Positions 1 to 6,833 of a stretch of 32,000 nt of DNA are shown here, piece after piece (position 1 is the first letter of the stretch; each line of letters opens with the position of its first letter). The notes beneath the pieces were generated by a model, which saw nothing but the letters and a program-made list of their open reading frames with translations, did not search any database and was not told the origin of the DNA. The position numbers and the translations under genes were made by a program. The DNA comes from an uncultured Gammaproteobacteria bacterium (GTDB taxonomy: Bacteria; Patescibacteriota; Microgenomatia; Daviesbacterales; UBA10151), in contig CAYHYM010000003.1 in assembly GCA_964360965.1 (NCBI GenBank), positions 30,001-62,000 on the forward strand, written 5' to 3'.

Positions 1-521
1 AAGTTTGACAGTTTGTATTTGCCGGCAAAAAGTACTGCCTCCCAGTGATTACCAGCATCATGCTCCCCATCAGAACAGATACAATAAACCCAAAATCTTT
101 TTTTATCCATCCTGGCAGCATATGCATAACCTGAAGCTTGGGCAAGGCCAGAGCCTAATGGTCCAGATGTTGTCTCAACTCCAGGCAATTTGGTTCTTTC
201 AGGATGACCCTGTAACCTAGTTCCAAGTTTTCTGAATGTTTTAAGTTCTTCAATGGGAAAATACCCAGAATGAGCCATGGCCACATACCTGACCGGACAA
301 ATATGGCCATTGGATAAAAATAATCTATCTCTCTCTTCCCATTCTGGATTTTTTGGATCATGGTTTAAGATATTAAAATAAAAGGCAGTGAAAATATCTG
401 CCATCCCCAAAGGTCCTGCAGAGTGCCCAGACCCTGCCTCAAGGAGCATCTTGATAATATCCTGGCGAATTTCATTAGCTTTTTCCTCTAACTGGTGGAT
501 GTCATGACTTAAGATGGACAT
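1..521 (-). CDS. transketolase, N-terminal (thiamine-diphosphate-binding) subunit; 5' part only, runs off the left edge
   Basis: Missing from the ORF track because no stop lies in the window. Reverse complement from ATG 521-519 is open to position 1. It reads MSILSHDIHQLEEKANEIRQDIIKMLLEAGSGHSAGPLGMADIFTAFYF...LFLSNGHICPV...LQGHPER...ETTSGPLGSGLAQASGYAYAARMDKKRFWVYCICSDGEHDAGNHWEAVLFAGKYKL. The SGH, SNGH, GHPE, GPLGxG and DGExxxG motifs fit the transketolase PP domain. The short N-terminus is typical of split transketolases. Confidence 0.85.
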   Translation of the reverse strand, partial: MSILSHDIHQLEEKANEIRQDIIKMLLEAGSGHSAGPLGMADIFTAFYFNILNHDPKNPEWEERDRLFLSNGHICPVRYVAMAHSGYFPIEELKTFRKLGTRLQGHPERTKLPGVETTSGPLGSGLAQASGYAYAARMDKKRFWVYCICSDGEHDAGNHWEAVLFAGKYKLSN

Positions 522-526
522 ATTTT

Positions 527-1186
527 TTAAATTGTAAAGGCATTTTCCCCATCACTGGTCACTGCAAGATGGGCATGTTTGCCTTCTTTAATTTCTTTAC
601 CAAATTGAGTAATATTTACCAGTACCTCATGTGGAGAATTGGCAATTTTAAAAACCAGCAGGTCATCCCCTCTTAAATTCATATTTTTTTTAAAAGCTTC
701 AATAATCTCATGCCAAAATGATCCATATAAAATCAAGGGTTTGTGATGGCCAAAATATAATCTGGCCAGCCCCCAGGCCATGCCAAATTCAGAAATGGTG
801 CCAGTCCCACCATTAAAAATAACATAAACCTGTCCTCTTTCCAAAAGTTTTAGTGTTCTTTCCACATAATTTTGAGTTATAACTTCCTCATCAACATTAT
901 TTTGTGGATCTTTTCCTTCAAAATTTGGTATCTGTTTGGGATAAAAAGTCACTCCCACAACTTTTCCTCCACCTGCCTTTGCCCCATTGGTGGCAGCCAG
1001 CATCACTCCCGGACCACCTCCATTAACCACCAAATATCCATTTCCAGCTAAAGTTTTTGCCACCCCGTATGCATCTTTATAAAGCAGGTCTTCCTCTTTG
1101 GCATCGGCAAAACCAAAAATAGCCACCCTGTCAATTATATCCGGTTTTTGATGATCCAAAGCATTGTTGCATCCAAAATTATCCAT
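527..1186 (-). CDS. LOG family / TIGR00730-type Rossmann-fold nucleotide-binding protein (cytokinin riboside 5'-monophosphate phosphoribohydrolase-like)
   Basis: 219-aa ORF with GGGPGVM and NGGTGTISE (PGGxGTxxE-type) LOG motifs. Its start overlaps the rpe stop by 8 nt and its stop lies 5 nt from the transketolase start, so it sits in an operon. Confidence 0.8.
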   Translation of the reverse strand: MDNFGCNNALDHQKPDIIDRVAIFGFADAKEEDLLYKDAYGVAKTLAGNGYLVVNGGGPGVMLAATNGAKAGGGKVVGVTFYPKQIPNFEGKDPQNNVDEEVITQNYVERTLKLLERGQVYVIFNGGTGTISEFGMAWGLARLYFGHHKPLILYGSFWHEIIEAFKKNMNLRGDDLLVFKIANSPHEVLVNITQFGKEIKEGKHAHLAVTSDGENAFTI

Positions 1187-1823
1187 GGGTTGCCTCCAAT
1201 ATTTTTCTTAAACCTTCTTCCAGATTATCATATTTGAAAAGAGCGCCGCCCAAAACCAGATAATCTGCGCCGGCACCGTATAAAACTTTGACATTAGTTT
1301 CATTAATTCCCCCATCTACCCCGATGATCAAATCCGGCCTCAAGGTTTTTAGCTGTCCAATTTTGGGTACAACTTGCGGGATAAATTCTTGACCTCCAAA
1401 ACCAGGATTTACACCCATCACCAGCACCACATCAAGATCATACAAATATGGTTCAACTAGGTCAACAGCAGTTTCCGGATTTAATGATAATCCCACCTCT
1501 ATACCGTGATTTTTAATATGTTTAATTCTTTCTTTAACGCCCTCCGTATCTTCTACCGGAAAAATTATTCTATCTACTTTAATTTTTACCAGTTCATCAA
1601 TCCAATTTTCCGGATATTCCACCATCAGTTGCGCTTCCAGTTTTAAACTGGTTGGGTATTTTGCAATAATATCAGGCCCAATACTTTCATTTTGAACAAA
1701 TTTATTATCCATGAGGTCAATTTGTACCCATCCTTTGGCCCCAGGGCTAGTCCTTATTTTATTAAGCTTTTCTTTATACTCTTCTTCAGATGTAGCCAAA
1801 ATAGCTGGAATAATTTGAATCAT
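1179..1823 (-). CDS. rpe: ribulose-phosphate 3-epimerase
   Basis: QIDLMDNKFVQN, VMGVNPGFGGQEFI and GVDGGIN match Rpe signatures. The track start at 1850 is a TTG overlapping rpiB. I prefer ATG 1823 (MIQIIPAIL...), but the start is uncertain. Confidence 0.85.
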   Translation of the reverse strand: MIQIIPAILATSEEEYKEKLNKIRTSPGAKGWVQIDLMDNKFVQNESIGPDIIAKYPTSLKLEAQLMVEYPENWIDELVKIKVDRIIFPVEDTEGVKERIKHIKNHGIEVGLSLNPETAVDLVEPYLYDLDVVLVMGVNPGFGGQEFIPQVVPKIGQLKTLRPDLIIGVDGGINETNVKVLYGAGADYLVLGGALFKYDNLEEGLRKILEATHG

Positions 1824-1833
1824 TTGGTATAGT

Positions 1834-2280
1834 TTAGTGTTTCTCCTCAACTTCCTTCATTTCATTCAGTCTTCTAATATGGCGTTCCTCTCCATTAAAC
1901 TCTGTTTTCAAAAAAGCTTTAACAATCTCATATAAGTGCTGGTCATCCAAAGTATCAGCAGCAAGGGATATAACATTGGCGTCCTCATGCTCTCTTGCCT
2001 GAATAGCCCGGGGAACATCAAAAACTAAGGCTGATCTGATACCTTTAATTTTATTGGCCACCATATCCACTCCTGCCCCAGATCCGCACAAAATTATGCC
2101 GCGGTTACCAATATCACCAACCACAGCCTCAGCCACACTACTCGCAAAATCAACATAATCATCTTGCGGATCTAAATGATCATTTCCCAAATCAGTCACC
2201 TTATATCCATCATCCAAAAGTCTTTTTAGAAGCCTTTCTTTTAGCTCAAACCCTCTATGATCAGCCCCCAAATAAATCAT
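1834..2280 (-). CDS. rpiB: ribose-5-phosphate isomerase B
   Basis: 148 aa. MIYLGADHRGFELKE and ILCGSGAGVDMVANK are RpiB/LacAB family signatures. There is a 4-nt overlap with the upstream gene. Confidence 0.9.
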   Translation of the reverse strand: MIYLGADHRGFELKERLLKRLLDDGYKVTDLGNDHLDPQDDYVDFASSVAEAVVGDIGNRGIILCGSGAGVDMVANKIKGIRSALVFDVPRAIQAREHEDANVISLAADTLDDQHLYEIVKAFLKTEFNGEERHIRRLNEMKEVEEKH

Positions 2281-2540
2281 TTACTACCTCCTACAATTTC
2301 CAAGACCTCATCCAGTTTTGTTTTGTCAAAGCCCAATATGGTAATTGGAGAACTGCCATCTTTTTTGATAACAGTAAAAGGCACTCCCATCTGTCCTGAA
2401 ATTTTAACCATCTCCTCTGCCTCTTTTGGGTCTTGATCAACGTAAATTTCCTCAAATTTTATACCTTTGCTGTTTAAATATTCTGTCTCCATTTTACAAA
2501 AGGGACAGGTTGTAGTTTTATATATTTTCACACTAACCAT
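2277..2540 (-). CDS. glutaredoxin-like (NrdH/YruB-type) small thioredoxin-fold protein
   Basis: 87 aa with a CPFC redox motif near the N-terminus and GVPFTVI downstream. SD GGAGGT (2552-2547) lies 6 nt upstream of the ATG. Confidence 0.8.
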   Translation of the reverse strand: MVSVKIYKTTTCPFCKMETEYLNSKGIKFEEIYVDQDPKEAEEMVKISGQMGVPFTVIKKDGSSPITILGFDKTKLDEVLEIVGGSK

Positions 2541-2562
2541 TTAAATACCTCCCTTCTATATT

Positions 2563-2571
2563 ATTGTATCA
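2563..2571 (-). promoter_or_regulatory. extended -10 TGATACAAT for the grx-rpiB-rpe-LOG-tkt operon
   Basis: The minus strand reads TGATACAAT, followed by a 22-nt leader containing GGAGGT. Confidence 0.45.
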
Positions 2572-2587
2572 TGATAGATTTTTGATG

Positions 2588-2596
2588 TGGTAAACT
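2588..2596 (+). promoter_or_regulatory. extended -10 TGGTAAACT, 6 nt before the ROK kinase ATG
   Basis: Read directly: TG 2588-2589, TAAACT 2591-2596, ATG 2603. There is no SD. Confidence 0.5.
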
Positions 2597-2602
2597 GATC
2601 TT

Positions 2603-3385
2603 ATGTATCTACTTTTTGATATTGGGGGAACAAAAATAAGATTAACTACATCTGACGGTAAAACCATTAACTCTCCTCAGGTTTCACCAACTCCCATAAA
2701 CTATCAAGATGGTCTTAAAATTTTTAGAAATTTTATAAAAGATAAAAAAGTAACAGCTGTCTCAGGAGGAATACCCGGTCCTCTTGATCATCAAAAAACA
2801 AAACTGGAAGACTCTCCCCAACTGCCAAATTGGATAAATAAGCCTTTAAAGATAGACCTTTCAAAAATTATCAAAGCTCCTGTTTTTTTGGAAAATGATG
2901 CGGCGTTGGCAGGACTGGGAGAAGCCATACGAGGCGGCGGTAAAGGTTATTCTGTGGTGGCATATTTAACAGTGAGCACCGGAGTAGGGGGAGCAAAAAT
3001 AGTTGATGGCAGAATTGATAAAAATGTTCATGGTTTTGAACCAGGACAGATGATGGTCAAAGACGGAAAACTGGGCCAGTTTGTCTCCGGTATGGCTCTG
3101 GAGAAAAAATATAAAATGAAGCCCGAACAAATAAAAGATCCAAAGATATGGGGTAAGGTGGCAAAAGTCTTGGCAGAAGGAATAAACAATTTAATACTTG
3201 ACTGGTCACCTAATGTTGTTGTTTTGGGAGGATCAATCATGAAAAGCATAGATATTAAAAAAGTAGAAAAATATTTAAGGTCAGATTTAACAATTTATAA
3301 AGACATCCCTTCTCTAAAACTGGCTTCTTTGGAGAATTTGAGCGGTCTTTATGGAGCTTTGGAATATTTAAAGCAGATGCTCTAA
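2603..3385 (+). CDS. ROK-family sugar kinase (glucokinase-like)
   Basis: 260 aa. It has the N-terminal LFDIGGTKIR phosphate-binding motif, the ENDAALAGLGEA motif and GVGGA. Sugar specificity cannot be read from the sequence. Confidence 0.75.
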   Translation: MYLLFDIGGTKIRLTTSDGKTINSPQVSPTPINYQDGLKIFRNFIKDKKVTAVSGGIPGPLDHQKTKLEDSPQLPNWINKPLKIDLSKIIKAPVFLENDAALAGLGEAIRGGGKGYSVVAYLTVSTGVGGAKIVDGRIDKNVHGFEPGQMMVKDGKLGQFVSGMALEKKYKMKPEQIKDPKIWGKVAKVLAEGINNLILDWSPNVVVLGGSIMKSIDIKKVEKYLRSDLTIYKDIPSLKLASLENLSGLYGALEYLKQML

Positions 3386-3413
3386 TAAAAATTGAATGAC
3401 TGCGGCTTTATCG

Positions 3414-3429
3414 CCAAATTCGAATTTGG
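3414..3429. other. perfect 16-bp palindrome CCAAATTCGAATTTGG between the ROK gene and tRNA-Gln (possible bidirectional stop or processing hairpin)
   Basis: Read directly. There is no adjacent T-run, so terminator function is uncertain. A similar AT-rich palindrome, CCGAAATTAATTTCGG, lies at 31443-31458. Confidence 0.35.
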
Positions 3430-3437
3430 AACTCTAG

Positions 3438-3508
3438 CTGCGGAGCAGGGATTCGAACCCCAATACCGACATTCAGAGTGTCGTGTCCTACCATTAGACG
3501 ACTCCGCA
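3438..3508 (-). tRNA. tRNA-Gln (anticodon CUG), CCA not encoded
   Basis: Reverse complement is TGCGGAG TC GTCT AATGGTA GGAC A CGACA CT-CTG-AA TGTCG GTAT TGGGG TTCGAAT CCCTG CTCCGCA G. It shows a 7-bp acceptor stem with U1:A72 (typical of bacterial tRNA-Gln), D, anticodon and T arms, and a TTCGAAT T-loop. The sequence after the discriminator is CTAG, not CCA. Confidence 0.85.
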
Positions 3509-3537
3509 ATATTTTGAAATTATATCAGATTTTTACA

Positions 3538-4902
3538 TCACTCGGGGAATTTGCGAAGAAAAAAGCCCACTGCTCTTAATCTTACCATAGTTTCCTCTTC
3601 TCCCAAAATTTTAATGCTTTCAAATAAGGGTGGAGTAACAGTTTGTCCTGAAATGGCTACTCTGATTAACTGAAAAGTTTGAGTAGCAGATAAACCATGT
3701 TCTTCGCCAAATTGCCTAAATCTCTTTTCAAAATCATCAGGACTCCAAGGTCTTTTCATTTTTTCCAGAGTTTCCAGTATACCTCGCATAATACTTTTTA
3801 AATCTTGAGATTCTTCGCGGAGTTTACACTGAGCGAAGCGAATGTGCTCAGAATGACGTACGAGGATCTTTTTAAAAACATCCTTTTTATATTCCGGTTT
3901 TTCAAAAAGAAAATCAGTCAGTGGCACAAAATCAGATAACTTTTTAATCCTCTCTTTTATTAAAGGGACAACTGGTGCAATTTTTTCCTTATTGGGATGA
4001 CCCGCTTCGTCTGCGTAGCGAGGCGAGTCTACCAAGAACTCCTGCAGTCTTTGGGTTAACTCTTTATCAGACATCGCTCTTATATACTCCCCATTCATCC
4101 ACTCCAATTTAGTTAAATCAAAAACTGCTGCTGAGCTGTTAATATCTTTGATCTTAAAAAGTGAAGTCATCTCTTCTAAACTTAATAACTCCTTAGCTTG
4201 TGGTGGCATCCATCCTAAAAGTGCCAAAAAGTTAACCAAGGCTTCTGGCAAAAATCCATCTTTTTTAAAATCTAACACCCCAATGCTGCCGTGTCTTTTG
4301 GATAGTTTACTTCTGTCTGTTGCTAAAATATTGGGAAAATGTCCAAATTGGGGTAAAGCCCAGCCAAAGGCTTGATAAAGCATAATGTGCTTGGGGGTTG
4401 ATGAAATCCAGTCTTCGCCTCGAAGTACATGAGAGATATCCATTAAATGATCATCCACCACACTGGCCAAATGATAAGTAGGGAAACCATCAGATTTTAA
4501 AATTACAAAATCCTCCTGAATACTATTGTCAAACTCAATTTTCTTATTTCCCACTAAATCTATCCAGGAAGTTTTACCGCTCTTTGGGGTTTTGAAATAG
4601 ATAGCTTCATCTTGCTCATAGCTTAAGTCTTTATCCACCAGTTTTTTTGCATGCTCTTTATAAAAAGAGAGTCGTTCAGATTGTAAGATCGGACCTTCAT
4701 CCCAATTAAGCTTTAACCATTTTAAACTCTCATAAATTGCTTCATAACTTTCCCTGACCTCTCTTTTTTTATCAGTATCTTCAACCCGTAAGATAAACTT
4801 ACCATTTTGGCTTTTGGCAAAAAGAAAATCAAACAAAGCAGTTCTAATATTGCCTACATGTGGATTACCGGTTGGTGACGGAGCAAATCTAACCCTGATC
4901 AT
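3538..4902 (-). CDS. gltX: glutamate--tRNA ligase
   Basis: HIGH-type motif RFAPSPTGNPHVGN and KMSKS-type KLSKRHG. The track ORF reaches 5010, but that extension overlaps the divergent gene. I prefer ATG 4902 (MIRVRFAPSPTG), which lies 9 nt below a TATAAT. ATG 4911 is an alternative. The gene carries two GC-rich in-frame repeat insertions (see repeats). Confidence 0.9.
   Translation of the reverse strand: MIRVRFAPSPTGNPHVGNIRTALFDFLFAKSQNGKFILRVEDTDKKREVRESYEAIYESLKWLKLNWDEGPILQSERLSFYKEHAKKLVDKDLSYEQDEAIYFKTPKSGKTSWIDLVGNKKIEFDNSIQEDFVILKSDGFPTYHLASVVDDHLMDISHVLRGEDWISSTPKHIMLYQAFGWALPQFGHFPNILATDRSKLSKRHGSIGVLDFKKDGFLPEALVNFLALLGWMPPQAKELLSLEEMTSLFKIKDINSSAAVFDLTKLEWMNGEYIRAMSDKELTQRLQEFLVDSPRYADEAGHPNKEKIAPVVPLIKERIKKLSDFVPLTDFLFEKPEYKKDVFKKILVRHSEHIRFAQCKLREESQDLKSIMRGILETLEKMKRPWSPDDFEKRFRQFGEEHGLSATQTFQLIRVAISGQTVTPPLFESIKILGEEETMVRLRAVGFFLRKFPE
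3809..3865. repeat. GC-rich hairpin element (class 3-related), in frame in gltX
   Basis: The minus strand reads CCTCGTACGTCATTCTGAGCACATTCGCTTCGCTCAGTGTAAACTCCGCGAAGAATC. The hairpin is CTGAGC/GCTCAG. It shares GTCAT and CGCTTCGCT with the reverse complement of the cca element. It is read as VRHSEHIRFAQCKLREES. Confidence 0.6.
3999..4029. repeat. class 2 core hairpin, in frame in gltX
   Basis: GACCCGCTTCGTCTGCGTAGCGAGGCGAGTC compares with the miaA core GGCCCGCTTCGCAGCGAGGCGAGCC. Both are translated in the same relative frame: SPRY..EAGH versus SPRC.EAGH. Confidence 0.75.
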
Positions 4903-4911
4903 AGTGTCCAT

Positions 4912-4936
4912 ATTATATCTTCGATTTCTGTATAAT
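4912..4936. promoter_or_regulatory. back-to-back perfect TATAAT boxes for gltX (minus, 4917-4912) and the 4946 gene (plus, 4931-4936)
   Basis: Both hexamers are exact consensus. Each lies 9 nt from the preferred ATG (4902 and 4946). Confidence 0.5.
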
Positions 4937-4945
4937 AGAAGGGGT

Positions 4946-5935
4946 ATGACTCTAACTGCCGTTGCCAGAATAACACGCTGGACACTTTTTTTTATTATCA
5001 TATTTTCCATCCTTTCTTTGGGTGGGTTTGCGGCCTATCGGATATGGTATAACAATTACCTAACATCCCTTCCTTTGGTTGAAGAAAAACCAGATACTAA
5101 ATTTGGAATACTGCCATATCCTGATTTTAAAAAAAGTGATGTTTCTTCCTCCAATTTTTCCTACTCGCTGGATACTGTAACAGGAGGCTTACCAGCTTTT
5201 GAAAAAATTATCAAAGTTTATTTTATTCCCAAATCATATGTCAGCTTTCTTGCCCCGGAAAAAGCTGAAAGTTTGGCCCGGCAATTTGAGTTAGATACAC
5301 AACCTGAAATTTTATCCGAAACCAAATACATATTTAAAAAAAATGACAAGAGTTTAACTTTAGATACTGACAGCGGAAATTTTATTTTTGAGAGGGAAGC
5401 AACAGCAGCAGCTCGAGCACCTGCGGATGATGAACAAAAGCTGATCCAAGATTTTAAAAATTTACTGGAAAAACAGCAGCTACTTTCGGAAGAGTTAAAA
5501 AAAGGGCCACATAAAATTAAATATCTGGAGGATCAAACAATGGATATTTCTCTTTGGCAGGAAAATATTGAGGATAAACCAATAGCCAACCCCACTTTTA
5601 TCCATTCTTTAGTCAGGGCAAAAGTGCTGGGATCCGCATTGGATATTAAAAATTATTTATCTTTAAATTATACCTGGTGGAAGGTTGATAAAAATACTTT
5701 TGCCACATATCCAATAAAAACAGCTCAGCAAGCATATGAAGATTTAAAATCAGGCAAAGCCTCCATTGTAATAAACCCTTCTCAACCTCAAGTTTCCATC
5801 ACTTCAGTATACCTTGGATATTATCTTAGTGAAAATTACACTCCCTATCTGATGCCAATCTTTATTTTTGAAGGACCTTCCTTTGTGGCATATGTACCAG
5901 CTATTTCCGGACAATTTATTGAGCAGGCCAGATAA
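4946..5935 (+). CDS. hypothetical membrane-anchored (N-terminal TM) extracytoplasmic protein
   Basis: I trimmed the track ORF 4814..5935 to ATG 4946 (MTLTAVARITRWTLFFIIIFSILSLGGFAAY...). The upstream part is antisense to the gltX start. TATAAT 4931-4936 lies 9 nt upstream. I recognise no family motif. Confidence 0.6.
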   Translation: MTLTAVARITRWTLFFIIIFSILSLGGFAAYRIWYNNYLTSLPLVEEKPDTKFGILPYPDFKKSDVSSSNFSYSLDTVTGGLPAFEKIIKVYFIPKSYVSFLAPEKAESLARQFELDTQPEILSETKYIFKKNDKSLTLDTDSGNFIFEREATAAARAPADDEQKLIQDFKNLLEKQQLLSEELKKGPHKIKYLEDQTMDISLWQENIEDKPIANPTFIHSLVRAKVLGSALDIKNYLSLNYTWWKVDKNTFATYPIKTAQQAYEDLKSGKASIVINPSQPQVSITSVYLGYYLSENYTPYLMPIFIFEGPSFVAYVPAISGQFIEQAR

Positions 5936-6833
5936 AATTATTAAATACCCATTCAATAATCTGTTTAGTTTCCTCAAATCTATCATCTGATCCCAAAAGC
6001 ACTATTAAAACTTGATGTCCCTCTCGCTCCACCAGGGTAACTAAATTCTCTTTTGACTGCGGTGTTGTCCCTGTCTTCACTCCCAAAACTCCTATCACTT
6101 CAGATAAAAGTTTATTTAAATTTTGTAATTTATGTTGATATTTTTTATCCAAAGATAAAACTTCTGTTTCTTTGGTGGCAAAAATTCTTTTCAGCTGAGA
6201 ATCTTTTAAAGCCTCCTGAGTAATTTTGGCAATATCTTCCGCGGTTGAAAAATGATCTGCAGAATCAAAACCTGCCGGATTATCAAAATGGCTATTTTTA
6301 AGGGATAAACTAACCGCTTTTTCATTCATTTTATTTATAAATTCTTTTTCTCCTCCGGCATAATTTTGGGCAATGGTATAGGCAGCATCATTGCCGGAAG
6401 GCAGCAACATTCCGAAAAGTAACGCCCGAAAAGTTAATGATTCCCCTTTTACCAAACCTATCCTTGTTCCGGATATTTGAGTTCCTTGATATATCAGCAC
6501 CGAGTTGGGTCTAAAATATTCTACTCCCACCAGCGCTGTCATAATTTTGGTAAGAGAACCAACAGCTAATTTTAAATTTGCATCTTTTTGATAAAGTACC
6601 TCATCTGTTGCCAAGTCTTTAATTAGCATCGCCCGGGCAAAAATATAAGGAGGAGGAATATTTAAACTTACGGGAGGAAGATTGTATTTTTGCACTCCTG
6701 CAATTTGGGCATTATTTTGAGGAATTTGTAAAGATAAAAGTATATCCTCTGTTGAGTCTATTAGTATTGGAATGCTATTTACCACAATGATTGCACATAT
6801 AATAAACACTACGGAATACAGATAATGCTTCAT
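5916..6833 (-). CDS. D-alanyl-D-alanine carboxypeptidase (serine peptidase S11, PBP5/6-like)
   Basis: N-terminal TM/signal segment, then SxxK (SLTK), SxN (SGND) and KTG (KTGT) penicillin-binding motifs in canonical order. There is a 4-nt overlap with the aspS stop. Confidence 0.85.
   Translation of the reverse strand: MKHYLYSVVFIICAIIVVNSIPILIDSTEDILLSLQIPQNNAQIAGVQKYNLPPVSLNIPPPYIFARAMLIKDLATDEVLYQKDANLKLAVGSLTKIMTALVGVEYFRPNSVLIYQGTQISGTRIGLVKGESLTFRALLFGMLLPSGNDAAYTIAQNYAGGEKEFINKMNEKAVSLSLKNSHFDNPAGFDSADHFSTAEDIAKITQEALKDSQLKRIFATKETEVLSLDKKYQHKLQNLNKLLSEVIGVLGVKTGTTPQSKENLVTLVEREGHQVLIVLLGSDDRFEETKQIIEWVFNNFIWPAQ

Noticed and set aside
4814-5010. Long N-terminal extensions of both divergent ORFs (gltX to 5010; the plus ORF from 4814)
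   Set aside because: The extensions overlap each other antisense. The conserved GluRS N-terminus begins at MIRVRFAPSPTG, and perfect TATAAT boxes sit just upstream of the internal ATGs.
5401-5430. GCAGCAGCTCGAGCACCTGCGG in the 4946 gene, considered as a degenerate repeat copy
   Set aside because: Only an 8-nt match (CACCTGCG) to the recJ/cca inverted repeat and a trivial GCTCGAGC palindrome. That is insufficient.
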